Assembly: GCA_963707245.1 (NCBI GenBank)
Contig: CAVPPY010000003.1
Span: 20,905-60,904 of the forward strand
Source: Pirellulaceae bacterium
Lineage (GTDB): Bacteria > Planctomycetota > Planctomycetia > Pirellulales > Pirellulaceae
Length of the DNA stretch: 40,000 nt
Direction of reading: 5' to 3'
A program made the position numbers and the translations under genes. Below are positions 1-7,959 of the stretch, one piece after another (the stretch's first letter is position 1; the number at the start of each line of letters is the position of its first letter). The notes beneath the pieces are model-generated. The model ran no database searches. It had not been told where the DNA came from and saw nothing but the letters and a program-made list of their open reading frames with translations.

Positions 1-43
1 CTGGAAATGCGGGGCAATTCACTCTCTCGGTCTGGTTTCAACC

Positions 44-271
44 ATGATTAAGCTTACGCGCCTGGATGGGCAAGCGTTCATTCTGAATGCTGACCTGATT
101 CGTTATGTCGAGCAGCGCCCCGACACCTATATCACCCTGACGTCCGGAGAGCGGATTGTTGTTGGTGAGGGCATGGAACGTGTCGTTGAACTGGCTATCG
201 ATTACCAGCACCGCAAGGCCATGCTGCCTTCTCTGCTGGCTCGACCTGATAACGCCCTGGTTGCGGAGTAG
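44..271 (+). CDS. flbD: Flagellar protein FlbD
   Basis: 75-aa ORF with ATG start. MIKLTRLDGQAFILNADLIRYVE...ITLTSGERIVV matches my recollection of the small FlbD family. It lies 5 nt upstream of motA, the usual position. Confidence 0.8.
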   Translation: MIKLTRLDGQAFILNADLIRYVEQRPDTYITLTSGERIVVGEGMERVVELAIDYQHRKAMLPSLLARPDNALVAE

Positions 272-276
272 CTCGC

Positions 277-1041
277 TTGGACATCACATCACTAGCTGGA
301 TTCTTGTTGGCCTGTGCGCTGATCCTGGGGTCGATCCTGATGGGCTCCGCGCCGCTGACCGCCTTTATTGACATTCCCTCGGTGCTGGTGGTTATCGGCG
401 GCGCCACCGCTGCGGGCATGATGGCCTTTCCGTTGAAGAGCTTTATGGCACTGCCGATGGTGTTTAAGAAGGCCTTTCTCAACAAGCAAAACGACTTGCT
501 GACCATCATTAACCAACTGGTGAGTCTAGCCGAAGTCGCCCGACGCGACGGATTGTTGGCACTGGACAGCAAATTGGAAGAGGTCGATAACCCCGTGATC
601 AAGTCTGGCTTGCAGATGGCCATTGACGGCAACGACGCCGACACAATCGAGTCGGTAATGCGCACGGAGATGGAGGCCATCGCGCGACGCCACAAGGAGG
701 GACGATCCATCCTGGATCAACTAGCCCGCTTTGCTCCTGCCTACGGCATGATCGGCACGCTCATGGGTTTGATCATGATGCTCAGCGATATGTCGGATCC
801 ATCGAGCATCGGCTCTGGTATGGCGGTAGCCCTGATCACAACTTTGTACGGTGCGATTGCCGCCAACGTGGTGTTTCAGCCCTTTGCAGAAAAGCTGGGC
901 TTGCTCAGCAAGTACGAACTGAATTCCATCGAACTGGTAGTTCGCGGTGTACTGGCGATTCAATCGGGTGAAAGTCCGCGGGCACTCGAGCAACGCTTGT
1001 TGACCTACATTCATCCCAAGAAACGTCCCGTCAAAGACTAG
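277..1041 (+). CDS. motA: Flagellar stator protein MotA (MotA/TolQ/ExbB proton-channel family)
   Basis: 254-aa ORF with TTG start. It has N-terminal TM helices and a C-terminal channel region (APAYGMIGTLMGLI...ALITTLYGAIAANVVFQPF), and is followed by motB. The stop TAG (1039-1041) lies inside the CTAG flanking repeat E1. Confidence 0.88.
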   Translation: MDITSLAGFLLACALILGSILMGSAPLTAFIDIPSVLVVIGGATAAGMMAFPLKSFMALPMVFKKAFLNKQNDLLTIINQLVSLAEVARRDGLLALDSKLEEVDNPVIKSGLQMAIDGNDADTIESVMRTEMEAIARRHKEGRSILDQLARFAPAYGMIGTLMGLIMMLSDMSDPSSIGSGMAVALITTLYGAIAANVVFQPFAEKLGLLSKYELNSIELVVRGVLAIQSGESPRALEQRLLTYIHPKKRPVKD

Positions 1042-1168
1042 TGCTTCGTCCAACTTTAAGTTTGGGAATTAGCCGCACGGCGTTAGCCCGGTTCCTCTGC
1101 AGAAACCGGGGCTAACGCCCGTCGGCTAATTTGACTAACCCTAATTCTCAAGTTGGACGAAGCACTAG
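1038..1168. repeat. MITE-like nested palindrome, family 1, copy E1 (123-bp body 1042-1164 flanked by CTAG at 1038-1041 and 1165-1168)
   Basis: Perfect 15-bp terminal inverted repeats TGCTTCGTCCAACTT / AAGTTGGACGAAGCA. Inner long stem ATTAGCCG..GGCGTTAGCCCGGTT - loop with CTGCAG - ACCGGGGCTAACGCC..CGGCTAAT. Direct CTAG on both flanks. Confidence 0.85.
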
Positions 1169-1265
1169 TGGTTTCACAATCGATCGCGTGCAGTGCAAGG
1201 GGGATTGCCCCTCACCCCTTGCTCCATGAGCCATTCTCAACAGAACAATCTAGAGGAGCACAAGG

Positions 1266-2018
1266 ATGGAAGAAGATGAAGCCATTGGCATTCCGGAATG
1301 GGTGGTAACCTTCGGCGATATGATGTCGCTGCTGCTGACGTTCTTTATCATGCTGGTCTCCATGAGCGAGATGAAGCAGGATGAGAAATTTCAGGCCATG
1401 GTTGAATCCATGCACAAGCAATTCGGACACGACCTGTCTCTGGCCAGTGTTTCGCCTGGAGAGAGCCGGCCCAGGGAGAGTGCATTCCGCGTGCTATCAA
1501 CTCAGGGTCGTGCCAAGAAGTTGGATACGCACAACGGCGGTGCACCGACGAAAGCTCCCGTGGGTGAGAATGAGCGTGTGCGCATCGTTCGCCCGGGAGG
1601 CAGCACGGCCATCGGTACCGTACTTTTCTTCAAAGATGGCACCTATGAGCTGACCGACGCAGCCCGAGAGGCTCTGGATATCGAAGTCGAGCAACTAGCT
1701 GGCAAACCTCAGAAAATTGAGGTTCGCGGGCACACCGCGCAGCAATTGGCCAATCAATCCACCGATCCTATCGATGCCATGGATCTGGCCTACCGCCGCT
1801 GCCGCTACGTGATGCAATACCTGGTTGAAAAACATGATATTCCTCCAGAGCGGATTCGATTGTCTTCCGCCGGAGCATGGGAGCCCATGTACCTCTCCAG
1901 TGATCCGGAGAAAATTCGCATGAATCCTCGTGTCGAAGTTTTCCTGCTGGAAGAGACTGTGGAGCAATTGATCGGCACCGCCGAAGAGCGCAACAACAAA
2001 CTGATTGATAGCAATTAG
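1266..2018 (+). CDS. motB: Flagellar stator protein MotB (OmpA-like peptidoglycan-binding C-terminus)
   Basis: 250-aa ORF with ATG start preceded by GAGGAG. N-terminal plug/TM region PEWVVTFGDMMSLLLTFFIMLVSMS. OmpA-like C-terminus IEVRGHT...DLAYRRCRYVMQYL...NPRVEVFLL. Confidence 0.88.
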   Translation: MEEDEAIGIPEWVVTFGDMMSLLLTFFIMLVSMSEMKQDEKFQAMVESMHKQFGHDLSLASVSPGESRPRESAFRVLSTQGRAKKLDTHNGGAPTKAPVGENERVRIVRPGGSTAIGTVLFFKDGTYELTDAAREALDIEVEQLAGKPQKIEVRGHTAQQLANQSTDPIDAMDLAYRRCRYVMQYLVEKHDIPPERIRLSSAGAWEPMYLSSDPEKIRMNPRVEVFLLEETVEQLIGTAEERNNKLIDSN

Positions 2019-2076
2019 GCTTCGAGACAAAGACCCTTTTTTCAGACAAAGACGCGTACTCGGGAGCAAATGACGA

Positions 2077-2619
2077 ATGTCCGATCAAGAACAAACTACC
2101 GAAACCCGCAAATCACCCTTGCTGCCCAGATTAATCATTTCGGGATTTGTGGGCACTGTCGTTATTGCCGAAACGCTCATCTTCTTTTTGCTAGTCCCCA
2201 ATGCAGACGATGTCGCCGCCTTGGCCGAAGCGCGATTGGTCAGCAAGCTGGAAGCGCGCATGGAGAATGATGGGGAAGAAGTTATCGACGATGCGGATGC
2301 TATCAAAGAGTTTTCGCTCGGGGACTATGGCGTCGTTTTCACGCCGCCAGGCGCGGATCGCAATCACAGCGTCGAATTCACGCTGTTTGGGACCATCAAA
2401 GAAAAAGACAAGAAACGACTGGAGAAATTGTTCGCCGAGCGCCAGGGACGATTTCGCGACCGCATGCTCAACGAAATCCGAATTGCCACCTTGGATGAAC
2501 TTTCGGAAAGTCAGTTGGGGTTGCTGCGGCGGAGAATACTTGCGACAAGTAATGAAATTCTTGAAGAACCGATCTTGCTGAGCATCGGCTTCAATGATTT
2601 CCAAAAACGCGAGGAATAA
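2077..2619 (+). CDS. fliL: Flagellar basal-body-associated protein FliL
   Basis: 180-aa ORF with one N-terminal TM helix (LIISGFVGTVVIAETLIFFLLV). The C-terminal pattern is FliL-like (FSLGDY..VEFTLFGTI....RFRDRMLNEIRIATLDEL....ILATSNEIL). Its position between motB and fliN fits. Confidence 0.7.
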   Translation: MSDQEQTTETRKSPLLPRLIISGFVGTVVIAETLIFFLLVPNADDVAALAEARLVSKLEARMENDGEEVIDDADAIKEFSLGDYGVVFTPPGADRNHSVEFTLFGTIKEKDKKRLEKLFAERQGRFRDRMLNEIRIATLDELSESQLGLLRRRILATSNEILEEPILLSIGFNDFQKREE

Positions 2620-2800
2620 GCAAGACGCTGGACGGCAGGAGGTAGATTGGTGAGCCACGATCAAGCTGACGAGGTAGCGGCAACTCCCGCACAAGCGCAC
2701 TCGCCATCTGCGAGTGCCGCGAAGGCAGGCAGCACGCCGACTGCCGACAAAGCTGCCCAATTGCTGCAAGCGGCCGAGGCGGCCCTGAACAGCGAGTTGG

Positions 2801-3136
2801 ATGCCGAGTACAACCAAGCCTGCAGCAAATCCTCAGCCCTTCAAGTTGGAAGACTTGATCGGTGAAGAGGGACCTCCTGAGAAGTGTTCGATCGAATTAT
2901 TGCGCGACGTCGATTTGGACTTGAAGATCGAGCTAGGCCGGACACACATGCTGCTGGAAGACGTTCTCAAACTGCGCCGCGGTTCGGTCGTCACGCTCGA
3001 CAAGCTGGCCGGTGATCCGGTTGATCTGTTTGCCAACGGTCGCCTGGTCGCCCGCGGTGAAATCCTGGTGCTCAATGACAATTTTTGCGTCCGCGTGGCG
3101 GAGCTCGTCGGTTCCGATTTGCTGATGGAAGACTAG
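2801..3136 (+). CDS. fliN: Flagellar motor switch protein FliN (SpoA domain); probable true start at GTG 2647 in another frame
   Basis: C-terminal SpoA domain [71 protein letters not shown]. The ORF 2647-2865 has a strong AGGAGG 8 nt upstream and a low-complexity Ala/Ser/Pro N-terminus. A +1 frame change between 2789 and 2865 would join it to the FliN frame. The stop TAG (3134-3136) lies in the CTAG flanking repeat E2. Confidence 0.8.
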   Translation: MPSTTKPAANPQPFKLEDLIGEEGPPEKCSIELLRDVDLDLKIELGRTHMLLEDVLKLRRGSVVTLDKLAGDPVDLFANGRLVARGEILVLNDNFCVRVAELVGSDLLMED

Positions 3137-3266
3137 TGCTCTGTCCAGATTATCTTTTGGGGTTGCGAGAGTAGAGCGATTGTCCCAATCGCTCTGAAAA
3201 CGATTGAGACAATGGTTCTACTCTGAGAGCTGCTAACCCTAATTTCTAATCTGGACAGAGCACTAG
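3133..3266. repeat. MITE-like nested palindrome, family 1, copy E2 (body 3137-3262, CTAG flanks 3133-3136 and 3263-3266)
   Basis: Perfect 16-bp terminal inverted repeats TGCTCTGTCCAGATTA / TAATCTGGACAGAGCA. The inner stems differ from E1 (AGAGTAGA...TCTACTCT; AGCGATT..AATCGCT). It shares the subterminal CTAACCCTAATTTCT motif. Confidence 0.8.
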
Positions 3267-3394
3267 TGCTTCAACCAACTTAAGAATTAGGGTTAGTCAA
3301 ATCAGCCGATGGGCGTTAGCCCCGGTTTCTGCAGAGGGAACCGCGGCTAACGCCGTGCGGCTAATCCCATACTTAAAGTTGGACGAGGCACTAG
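3263..3394. repeat. MITE-like nested palindrome, family 1, copy E3 (body 3267-3390), inverted copy of E1, abutting E2 through a shared CTAG
   Basis: The core AATTAGGGTTAGTCAAATCAGCCGATGGGCGTTAGCCCCGGTTTCTGCAGAGGGAACCGCGGCTAACGCCGTGCGGCTAAT is the near-identical reverse complement of the E1 core. Flanked by CTAG at 3263-3266 and 3391-3394. Confidence 0.85.
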
Positions 3395-3678
3395 TGATTC
3401 GTCAACATTATTATTAAGGGTGTTTGCACTAGCCGAAGTCGCCAGACCTCGAGGAAACATGGAAAGAACCGAATTCTGGCGAATCCGGCTACCCGAAAAT
3501 CAAGCCTGAACAAAGCACTCGTTCGACAAACACGGATTCGACAAGGACGTCGAAAGCATGCGACACTTAACTCTATGGCAGCCACTCATCGCGCTGCCTG
3601 CCGCGATTCACTTGGCAGCTGGCCTTCGGGCCCTCCTCATGCTATGGCTAGCCGGGTTGTCATGCGCCAACCTGAGCA

Positions 3679-4413
3679 GTGCACAGGAGGCCAGGACTGC
3701 AATTGTTCGGCCCTTGCAGCAGCAGGCGGTTGGAGGACAGCCAGTCATGCGCTCCGGCCGACGCTGGAGCTTCCGCCAGCCTGCGGGCTACTCTACCCAC
3801 GGAATCGTGGACGGGGCAGTCTCTGCCCGAGCTGCCCATTCCCCCCTCGTCGCCAGCAGCCCAGGTTACAACGGCAGCCTATGAGCAGCCTTTGCCGAGC
3901 GCCCAACAATCTGCCGCTCTCACACAGCACTCGCAGCCCGTGGCAAATCCAATTTCCCCCGATGCCAAACAGCCATCGCCAAGTCCCGCAGCCCGCATCC
4001 CCATCTCGCGAGCATCGACGGCGCAACCCTCGGAAGGTAGTCCGACCAGTTCCGGTGGCACGCTGCGAGCGCTACTATCCATGGGCTCCAGCCTGATGAT
4101 CGTACTGGCACTGTTTCTGGGTGTCGCCTGGTGTTACCGCAAAACGCAGCATGGCACTACGCTCGGTCTACCCAAGCAGGTCGTGGAGGTGCTCGGTCGC
4201 TCGCCCCTAGCTGCCCGGCAGCAACTCGTTCTTATTCGTTTTGGTTCCAAATTGGTCTTGGTCAGCCTGATCCAGGGTGAAGCTCGTGCCATAAGCGAAA
4301 TTACGGATGCCCTGGAAGTCGATCAGCTGGCCGGATTGTGCGAAAGCAGTCAGGCCAGCAGTATTAGCGCTTCGTTCCGCAACATCTTGAACCAAGGGGC
4401 TTCGAACGCATGA
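3679..4413 (+). CDS. fliO: Flagellar biosynthesis protein FliO; N-terminus uncertain (possible signal-peptide exon in ORF 3558-3884, other frame)
   Basis: C-terminal 100 aa have a single TM helix (SLMIVLALFLGVAWCY) followed by VVEVLGRSPLAARQQLVLIRFGSKLVLVSLIQGEARAISEI, typical of FliO. The stop overlaps the fliP start (ATGA at 4410-4413). ORF 3558 begins with a signal-like MRHLTLWQPLIALPAAIHLAAGLRALLMLWLAGLS, which suggests a frame change around 3700-3880. Confidence 0.65.
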   Translation: MHRRPGLQLFGPCSSRRLEDSQSCAPADAGASASLRATLPTESWTGQSLPELPIPPSSPAAQVTTAAYEQPLPSAQQSAALTQHSQPVANPISPDAKQPSPSPAARIPISRASTAQPSEGSPTSSGGTLRALLSMGSSLMIVLALFLGVAWCYRKTQHGTTLGLPKQVVEVLGRSPLAARQQLVLIRFGSKLVLVSLIQGEARAISEITDALEVDQLAGLCESSQASSISASFRNILNQGASNA

Positions 4414-5326
4414 ATGCCTCACTCTCCAGACACCGAAACGCTTGGGCCATGTTTCTAGCCCTGCTGCTGAGCAGCTTGGGGCTGGCGACCGCGTCCGCCC
4501 AATCGTCCCAGGGCGAGACCCAGAATCGCAGCCTTCCGGCTTGCCAACGCGGCCAGTCTGTACCAGCAGGTCACCGAGAATTTGCAAGCGCGGAGTGGAG
4601 AGACCGAGTCGGAGCTGTCGACCCAGGATTTCCTACTTAGCGGCCCCGAAAAATGGACCAGTCGGGAAGGGCTGAGCAGCAGTCTACAGATCCTCTTGTT
4701 ACTCACCGTCCTCAGCTTGGCTCCTGCCATTCTGTTGATGACCACCTGCTATGTCCGCATCATTGTGGTGATGGGCTTGCTACGCCAGGCGCTGGGTACC
4801 GGCCAGTTGCCGCCCAGCCAGGTCATTACCTCTATCTCGCTGTTCATGACCATGTTCGTCATGGCACCAGTGTGGAATCAGGTATATCAGGAGTGCGATC
4901 CAGCCCTATACGGCAGCCAATTCAACGATGTCGATGAACCAGGCGTGGGAGGCGGGTGTGGTACCCATCCGGCGCTTCATGGAACGTCAGATTGCCATGG
5001 CCGGCAATCATGATGATGTCACCCTGTTCGCTGCCTACGACAACCCCGATGCGTCGCCAGAATACCTGGATGAAGTACCGCTACATGTTTTGTTGCCTGC
5101 CTACATGCTCAGTGAGCTAAAGACGGCGTTCTTGATGGGCTTTCAGATCTTTCTACCTTTTCTGTTGATCGACCTGGTCGTCGCTTCGGTGACGATTTCC
5201 ATGGGCATGATGATGTTGCCGCCAGCCATGATCTCATTGCCCTTCAAACTACTGTTGTTCGTGCTCATTGATGGTTGGCACTTGGTGGTCGAGATGTTAC
5301 TCGAGAGTTTTGGCACATTATCCTAG
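4410..5326 (+). pseudogene. fliP: Flagellar export gate protein FliP, interrupted by two apparent +1 frame changes (pseudogene or sequence error)
   Basis: Three frames carry consecutive FliP segments. The first is a signal peptide, [31 protein letters not shown] (from 4410). The second is [69 protein letters not shown] (frame of ORF 4582). The third is [32 protein letters not shown]...[63 protein letters not shown] (frame of ORF 4928). The second junction is at about 4890-4894. Confidence 0.85.
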
Positions 5327-5331
5327 AGGCG

Positions 5332-5610
5332 ATGATCATGAATTCTGGCGATGCCGTCGAACTGGTCCGAGCCGCGGTACTCAATGCCATGCTGATCGGA
5401 GCACCCTTGTTGCTAATGGGCATGCTGGTCGGTCTGGTGATCAGCTTGCTCCAGGCAGTCACTCAAATCCAAGATCAGACCCTCAACGCGGTACCCAAGA
5501 TCATCGCCATGGTTTTGGCACTAGTTTTTTGCTTGCCGTGGATCGCCGATCGGATGGTCGAATACACTCGCAAGACATATATGGACATTCCGCGTGTGGT
5601 CAGCGAATAG
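5332..5610 (+). CDS. fliQ: Flagellar export gate protein FliQ
   Basis: 92-aa product from ATG 5332, 5 nt after the fliP stop. Two TM helices and the FliQ signature APLLLMGMLVGLVISLLQAVTQIQDQTLNAVPKIIAMVLAL. Confidence 0.88.
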   Translation: MIMNSGDAVELVRAAVLNAMLIGAPLLLMGMLVGLVISLLQAVTQIQDQTLNAVPKIIAMVLALVFCLPWIADRMVEYTRKTYMDIPRVVSE

Positions 5611-5624
5611 GCAGGCGACCAGGC

Positions 5625-6410
5625 ATGAACGATGCAATCCTGGGAATTCTCAGCCAGCCGTTGTGGGTGTTTATGGCCGTCTTGGCCCGCCTCAGCCCGG
5701 CCTTGATGCTCATACCGCCCTTGCGTTCGACCTCGGTGCCCCGGCGCATTCGTGCACTCTTCGCCATCAGCATCAGTGCCATCCTGACCCCCATGGCTTT
5801 GGGCAACGCCCAAGCAATGCCCAGCGACCTGCTGCATATCGGACTGGCTATGGCCGGCGAAGTGCTGCTGGGTATGCTGCTGGGCAGCATTATCATCCTG
5901 GCTGTGACCAGTTTACAGATCGCTGGGCAAGCAATTGGCCATCTGGCCGGATTCGATATTGCTGCCAGTGTTGATCCGAGCACCGACGAACAAATGCCGA
6001 TCGTGGCCAATCTACTGGGCCTGGTAGCCATGCTCTTGTTGCTGATCATGGGCGGGCATCGGCAGTTGCTGCAATGTTGCCTGGAGAGTTTTCAGCGCTA
6101 TCCAGTCGGTGCTGTTGTTTTTGAAAGCGACTGGCTGATCGAATATGAACGGGTACTGCGACACACCTTTGTTGTGGGCATTCGCGCGGCGGCTCCGCTG
6201 GCCACCGCGCTACTACTGGCCAATGTGGTAACCGGCCTGCTGGCACGCACCTTGCCGCAGCTGAACGTGCTGGCGATTGGATTCAACATCAATGCCATGG
6301 CTTTGCTGATTCTGCTGTTTCTTGCCATGGGAGGCGTCACTTGGGTTTTTCAGCAGGAACTGGCGATGTGGATCGACAGTTGCCAGCGAGTGGTAGCGCG
6401 GGGCTCGTAG
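5625..6410 (+). CDS. fliR: Flagellar export gate protein FliR
   Basis: ATG at 5625 inside the long ORF 5268-6410. Polytopic membrane protein MNDAILGILSQPLWVFMAVLARLSPALMLIPPL... of typical FliR length (261 aa), in the position between fliQ and flhB. Confidence 0.85.
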   Translation: MNDAILGILSQPLWVFMAVLARLSPALMLIPPLRSTSVPRRIRALFAISISAILTPMALGNAQAMPSDLLHIGLAMAGEVLLGMLLGSIIILAVTSLQIAGQAIGHLAGFDIAASVDPSTDEQMPIVANLLGLVAMLLLLIMGGHRQLLQCCLESFQRYPVGAVVFESDWLIEYERVLRHTFVVGIRAAAPLATALLLANVVTGLLARTLPQLNVLAIGFNINAMALLILLFLAMGGVTWVFQQELAMWIDSCQRVVARGS

Positions 6411-6431
6411 CCTACACAGGGGAACAGGATC

Positions 6432-7523
6432 GTGGCCGAGTCGGCGGGCGAAAAGAAACATGATGCAACTCCCTACCGCCGCCAGAAGGCGCGGGAACAG
6501 GGGCAGGTTGCCCGCAGCCAGGATCTGGGATCGGCGTTGATTCTGGTGTGCGCCGTCGCACTCTTATGGTCTTATGGACCCGCCGTGTTGACAGCTCTCA
6601 AGGAAGCCATGACCGCCTGCATCACCCAGGCGCGTTATCAAGACATGAGCAGCGGCGCCGCTTACGCCTTGATCGCCATGTGTGTCAGGCATTGCCTGTG
6701 GGGCCTGCTGCCCATTCTGCTGGGCGTATGCGCTATTGCCCTACTCAACAGCTGGTTTCAGGTCGGCATTTTATTTTTGCCCGAAAAACTGGGGTGGGAC
6801 TTTAAGCGGATCAGCCCCTTGGCCGGCACCAAGCGTTTGTTTGACCTGCCGAATTTTGCACGGCTGGGGTTCGGCTTGCTCAAGATCGCCTTGGTATCCG
6901 CCGTTATCGCCAGTGGGCTGTGGGGTCAGTGGGATGCGATCCTGGGAGCCCACACCCTGGGTGCTGGAGATATTGGAGAATTGGTTTGGAATACAACCCT
7001 CGACATGTGCATGCGTGCTGCCATCGTACTCCTGCTGCTCGCCATTTTCGACTACGGATTCCAGTGGTGGAAAACGGAACAAGACCTCAAGATGACCGAC
7101 GAAGAGGTTCGCGAGGAAATGAAGATGATGAATGGCGATCCCCAGATCGCCGCGCGGCGGAGGCAGGTGCAACGCCAGCTAGCCATGGTTCGCGTACAGA
7201 ATGCGGTGCCCGATGCAGATGTGATTATCACCAATCCAACAGAACTGGCTATCGCCATCAAGTTTGATCCCGAGAAAATGCCAGCCCCGATGGTTCTAGC
7301 CAAGGGAGCTGGTCACGTCGCAGCGCGGATCCGGAAATTCGCTTTGGAAAGCGGCATTCCGGTCGTCGAACGCAAGCCACTGGCTCAAGCCCTCTTCAAA
7401 CACGTCGAGGTGGGGCAAATCGTTCCCGTCGAGCACTACGCCGCCGTGGCCGAGGTATTGCGTTTTGTCTATCAACTGCAGGGCAAGAAGCTTCCCACCT
7501 TGGAGAAGACGTCAGATAAATAG
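6432..7523 (+). CDS. flhB: Flagellar export switch protein FlhB
   Basis: 363-aa ORF with GTG start. N-terminal EKKHDATPYRRQKAREQGQVARSQDL, four TM helices, and a C-terminal domain with the autocleavage-loop region VIITNPTELAIAIKF (NPTE instead of the usual NPTH). Confidence 0.9.
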   Translation: MAESAGEKKHDATPYRRQKAREQGQVARSQDLGSALILVCAVALLWSYGPAVLTALKEAMTACITQARYQDMSSGAAYALIAMCVRHCLWGLLPILLGVCAIALLNSWFQVGILFLPEKLGWDFKRISPLAGTKRLFDLPNFARLGFGLLKIALVSAVIASGLWGQWDAILGAHTLGAGDIGELVWNTTLDMCMRAAIVLLLLAIFDYGFQWWKTEQDLKMTDEEVREEMKMMNGDPQIAARRRQVQRQLAMVRVQNAVPDADVIITNPTELAIAIKFDPEKMPAPMVLAKGAGHVAARIRKFALESGIPVVERKPLAQALFKHVEVGQIVPVEHYAAVAEVLRFVYQLQGKKLPTLEKTSDK

Positions 7524-7622
7524 TTGTCCCCAAAGGGGTCTGACCCTCTCCGGCGAGGCAAGAAACAGAAGTAAATTCGACTCGCCTCCAAAGGGTCAGA
7601 CCCCTTTTGGGACAAAGCCTAG
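7524..7622. repeat. Palindromic repeat family 2 (P2), copy 1, directly after the flhB stop
   Basis: TTGTCCCCAAAGGGGTCTGACCCTCTCCGGCGAGGC...GACTCGCCTCCAAAGGGTCAGACCCCTTTTGGGACAAAGC followed by CTAGCTAG. Same unit as 28691-28788 in inverted orientation. Confidence 0.85.
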
Positions 7623-7695
7623 CTAGGTTGGAAAGGCAGCACCTGGTAGTGATCTATCTCCCCATCATCCCTGCACTGAGGTCGAGCAGTTTTTA

Positions 7696-7796
7696 AGCAT
7701 CGTTCGATAAATAAGTGTCGCATCTTTAATGTAGCCATCACGCTCCGCCGTGATGATCGCGGAAAAAAACTGGACAGTAATTTATCGAACGATGCT
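7696..7796. other. 101-bp structure closed by a perfect 17-bp inverted repeat, with a nested 7-bp hairpin
   Basis: AGCATCGTTCGATAAAT (7696-7712) is the exact reverse complement of ATTTATCGAACGATGCT (7780-7796). Inner hairpin CATCACG-ctccgc-CGTGATG (7736-7755). Function unknown; it lies 160 nt downstream of the intI stop. Confidence 0.6.
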
Positions 7797-7959
7797 ATTC
7801 CATAGCCCAACGAGGCGATGTGGGCGGGCCAAGAATTCGACTGGCTGACGGCCAGCAAAGACTTCAGCTACTTTCATGCGGAGACGGAAGCGAGATTTGC
7901 ACTGCGCGAACGTGCACTGTCCCCGAAAACCTCCGCGATAATTTCCCGTCCACTCAGAC

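Noticed and set aside
1042-3390. SpeI (ACTAGT) sites at element ends and a PstI (CTGCAG) site at the hairpin tip as signs of engineering; CCCTAA as a telomere-like repeat
   Set aside because: The restriction sites are simply consequences of palindromic ends (CTAG flank plus T/A) and a palindromic loop. AACCCTAA occurs once per element, not as an array.
527-3436. 15-nt identity CTAGCCGAAGTCGCC between the motA coding region (about 527-541) and the fliN-fliO spacer (about 3422-3436)
   Set aside because: A single 15-mer match within 40 kb is about what chance allows, and there is no extended similarity around it.
195-7303. Many antisense or alternative-frame ORFs across the flagellar operon (e.g. 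195-710, 721-1053, 2191-2817, 5600-6049, 6771-7172)
   Set aside because: They overlap well-supported flagellar genes and have low-complexity Arg/Ser/Ala/Pro-rich products with no motifs. They are shadow ORFs of GC-rich coding sequence.
7696-7796. Possible attC site of the integron
   Set aside because: It lies on the 3-prime side of intI rather than upstream, where cassettes are expected. The core-like heptamers are in the order GTTCGAT...ATCGAAC, the reverse of R''(RYYYAAC)...R'(GTTRRRY). I kept it only as an unexplained inverted-repeat structure.
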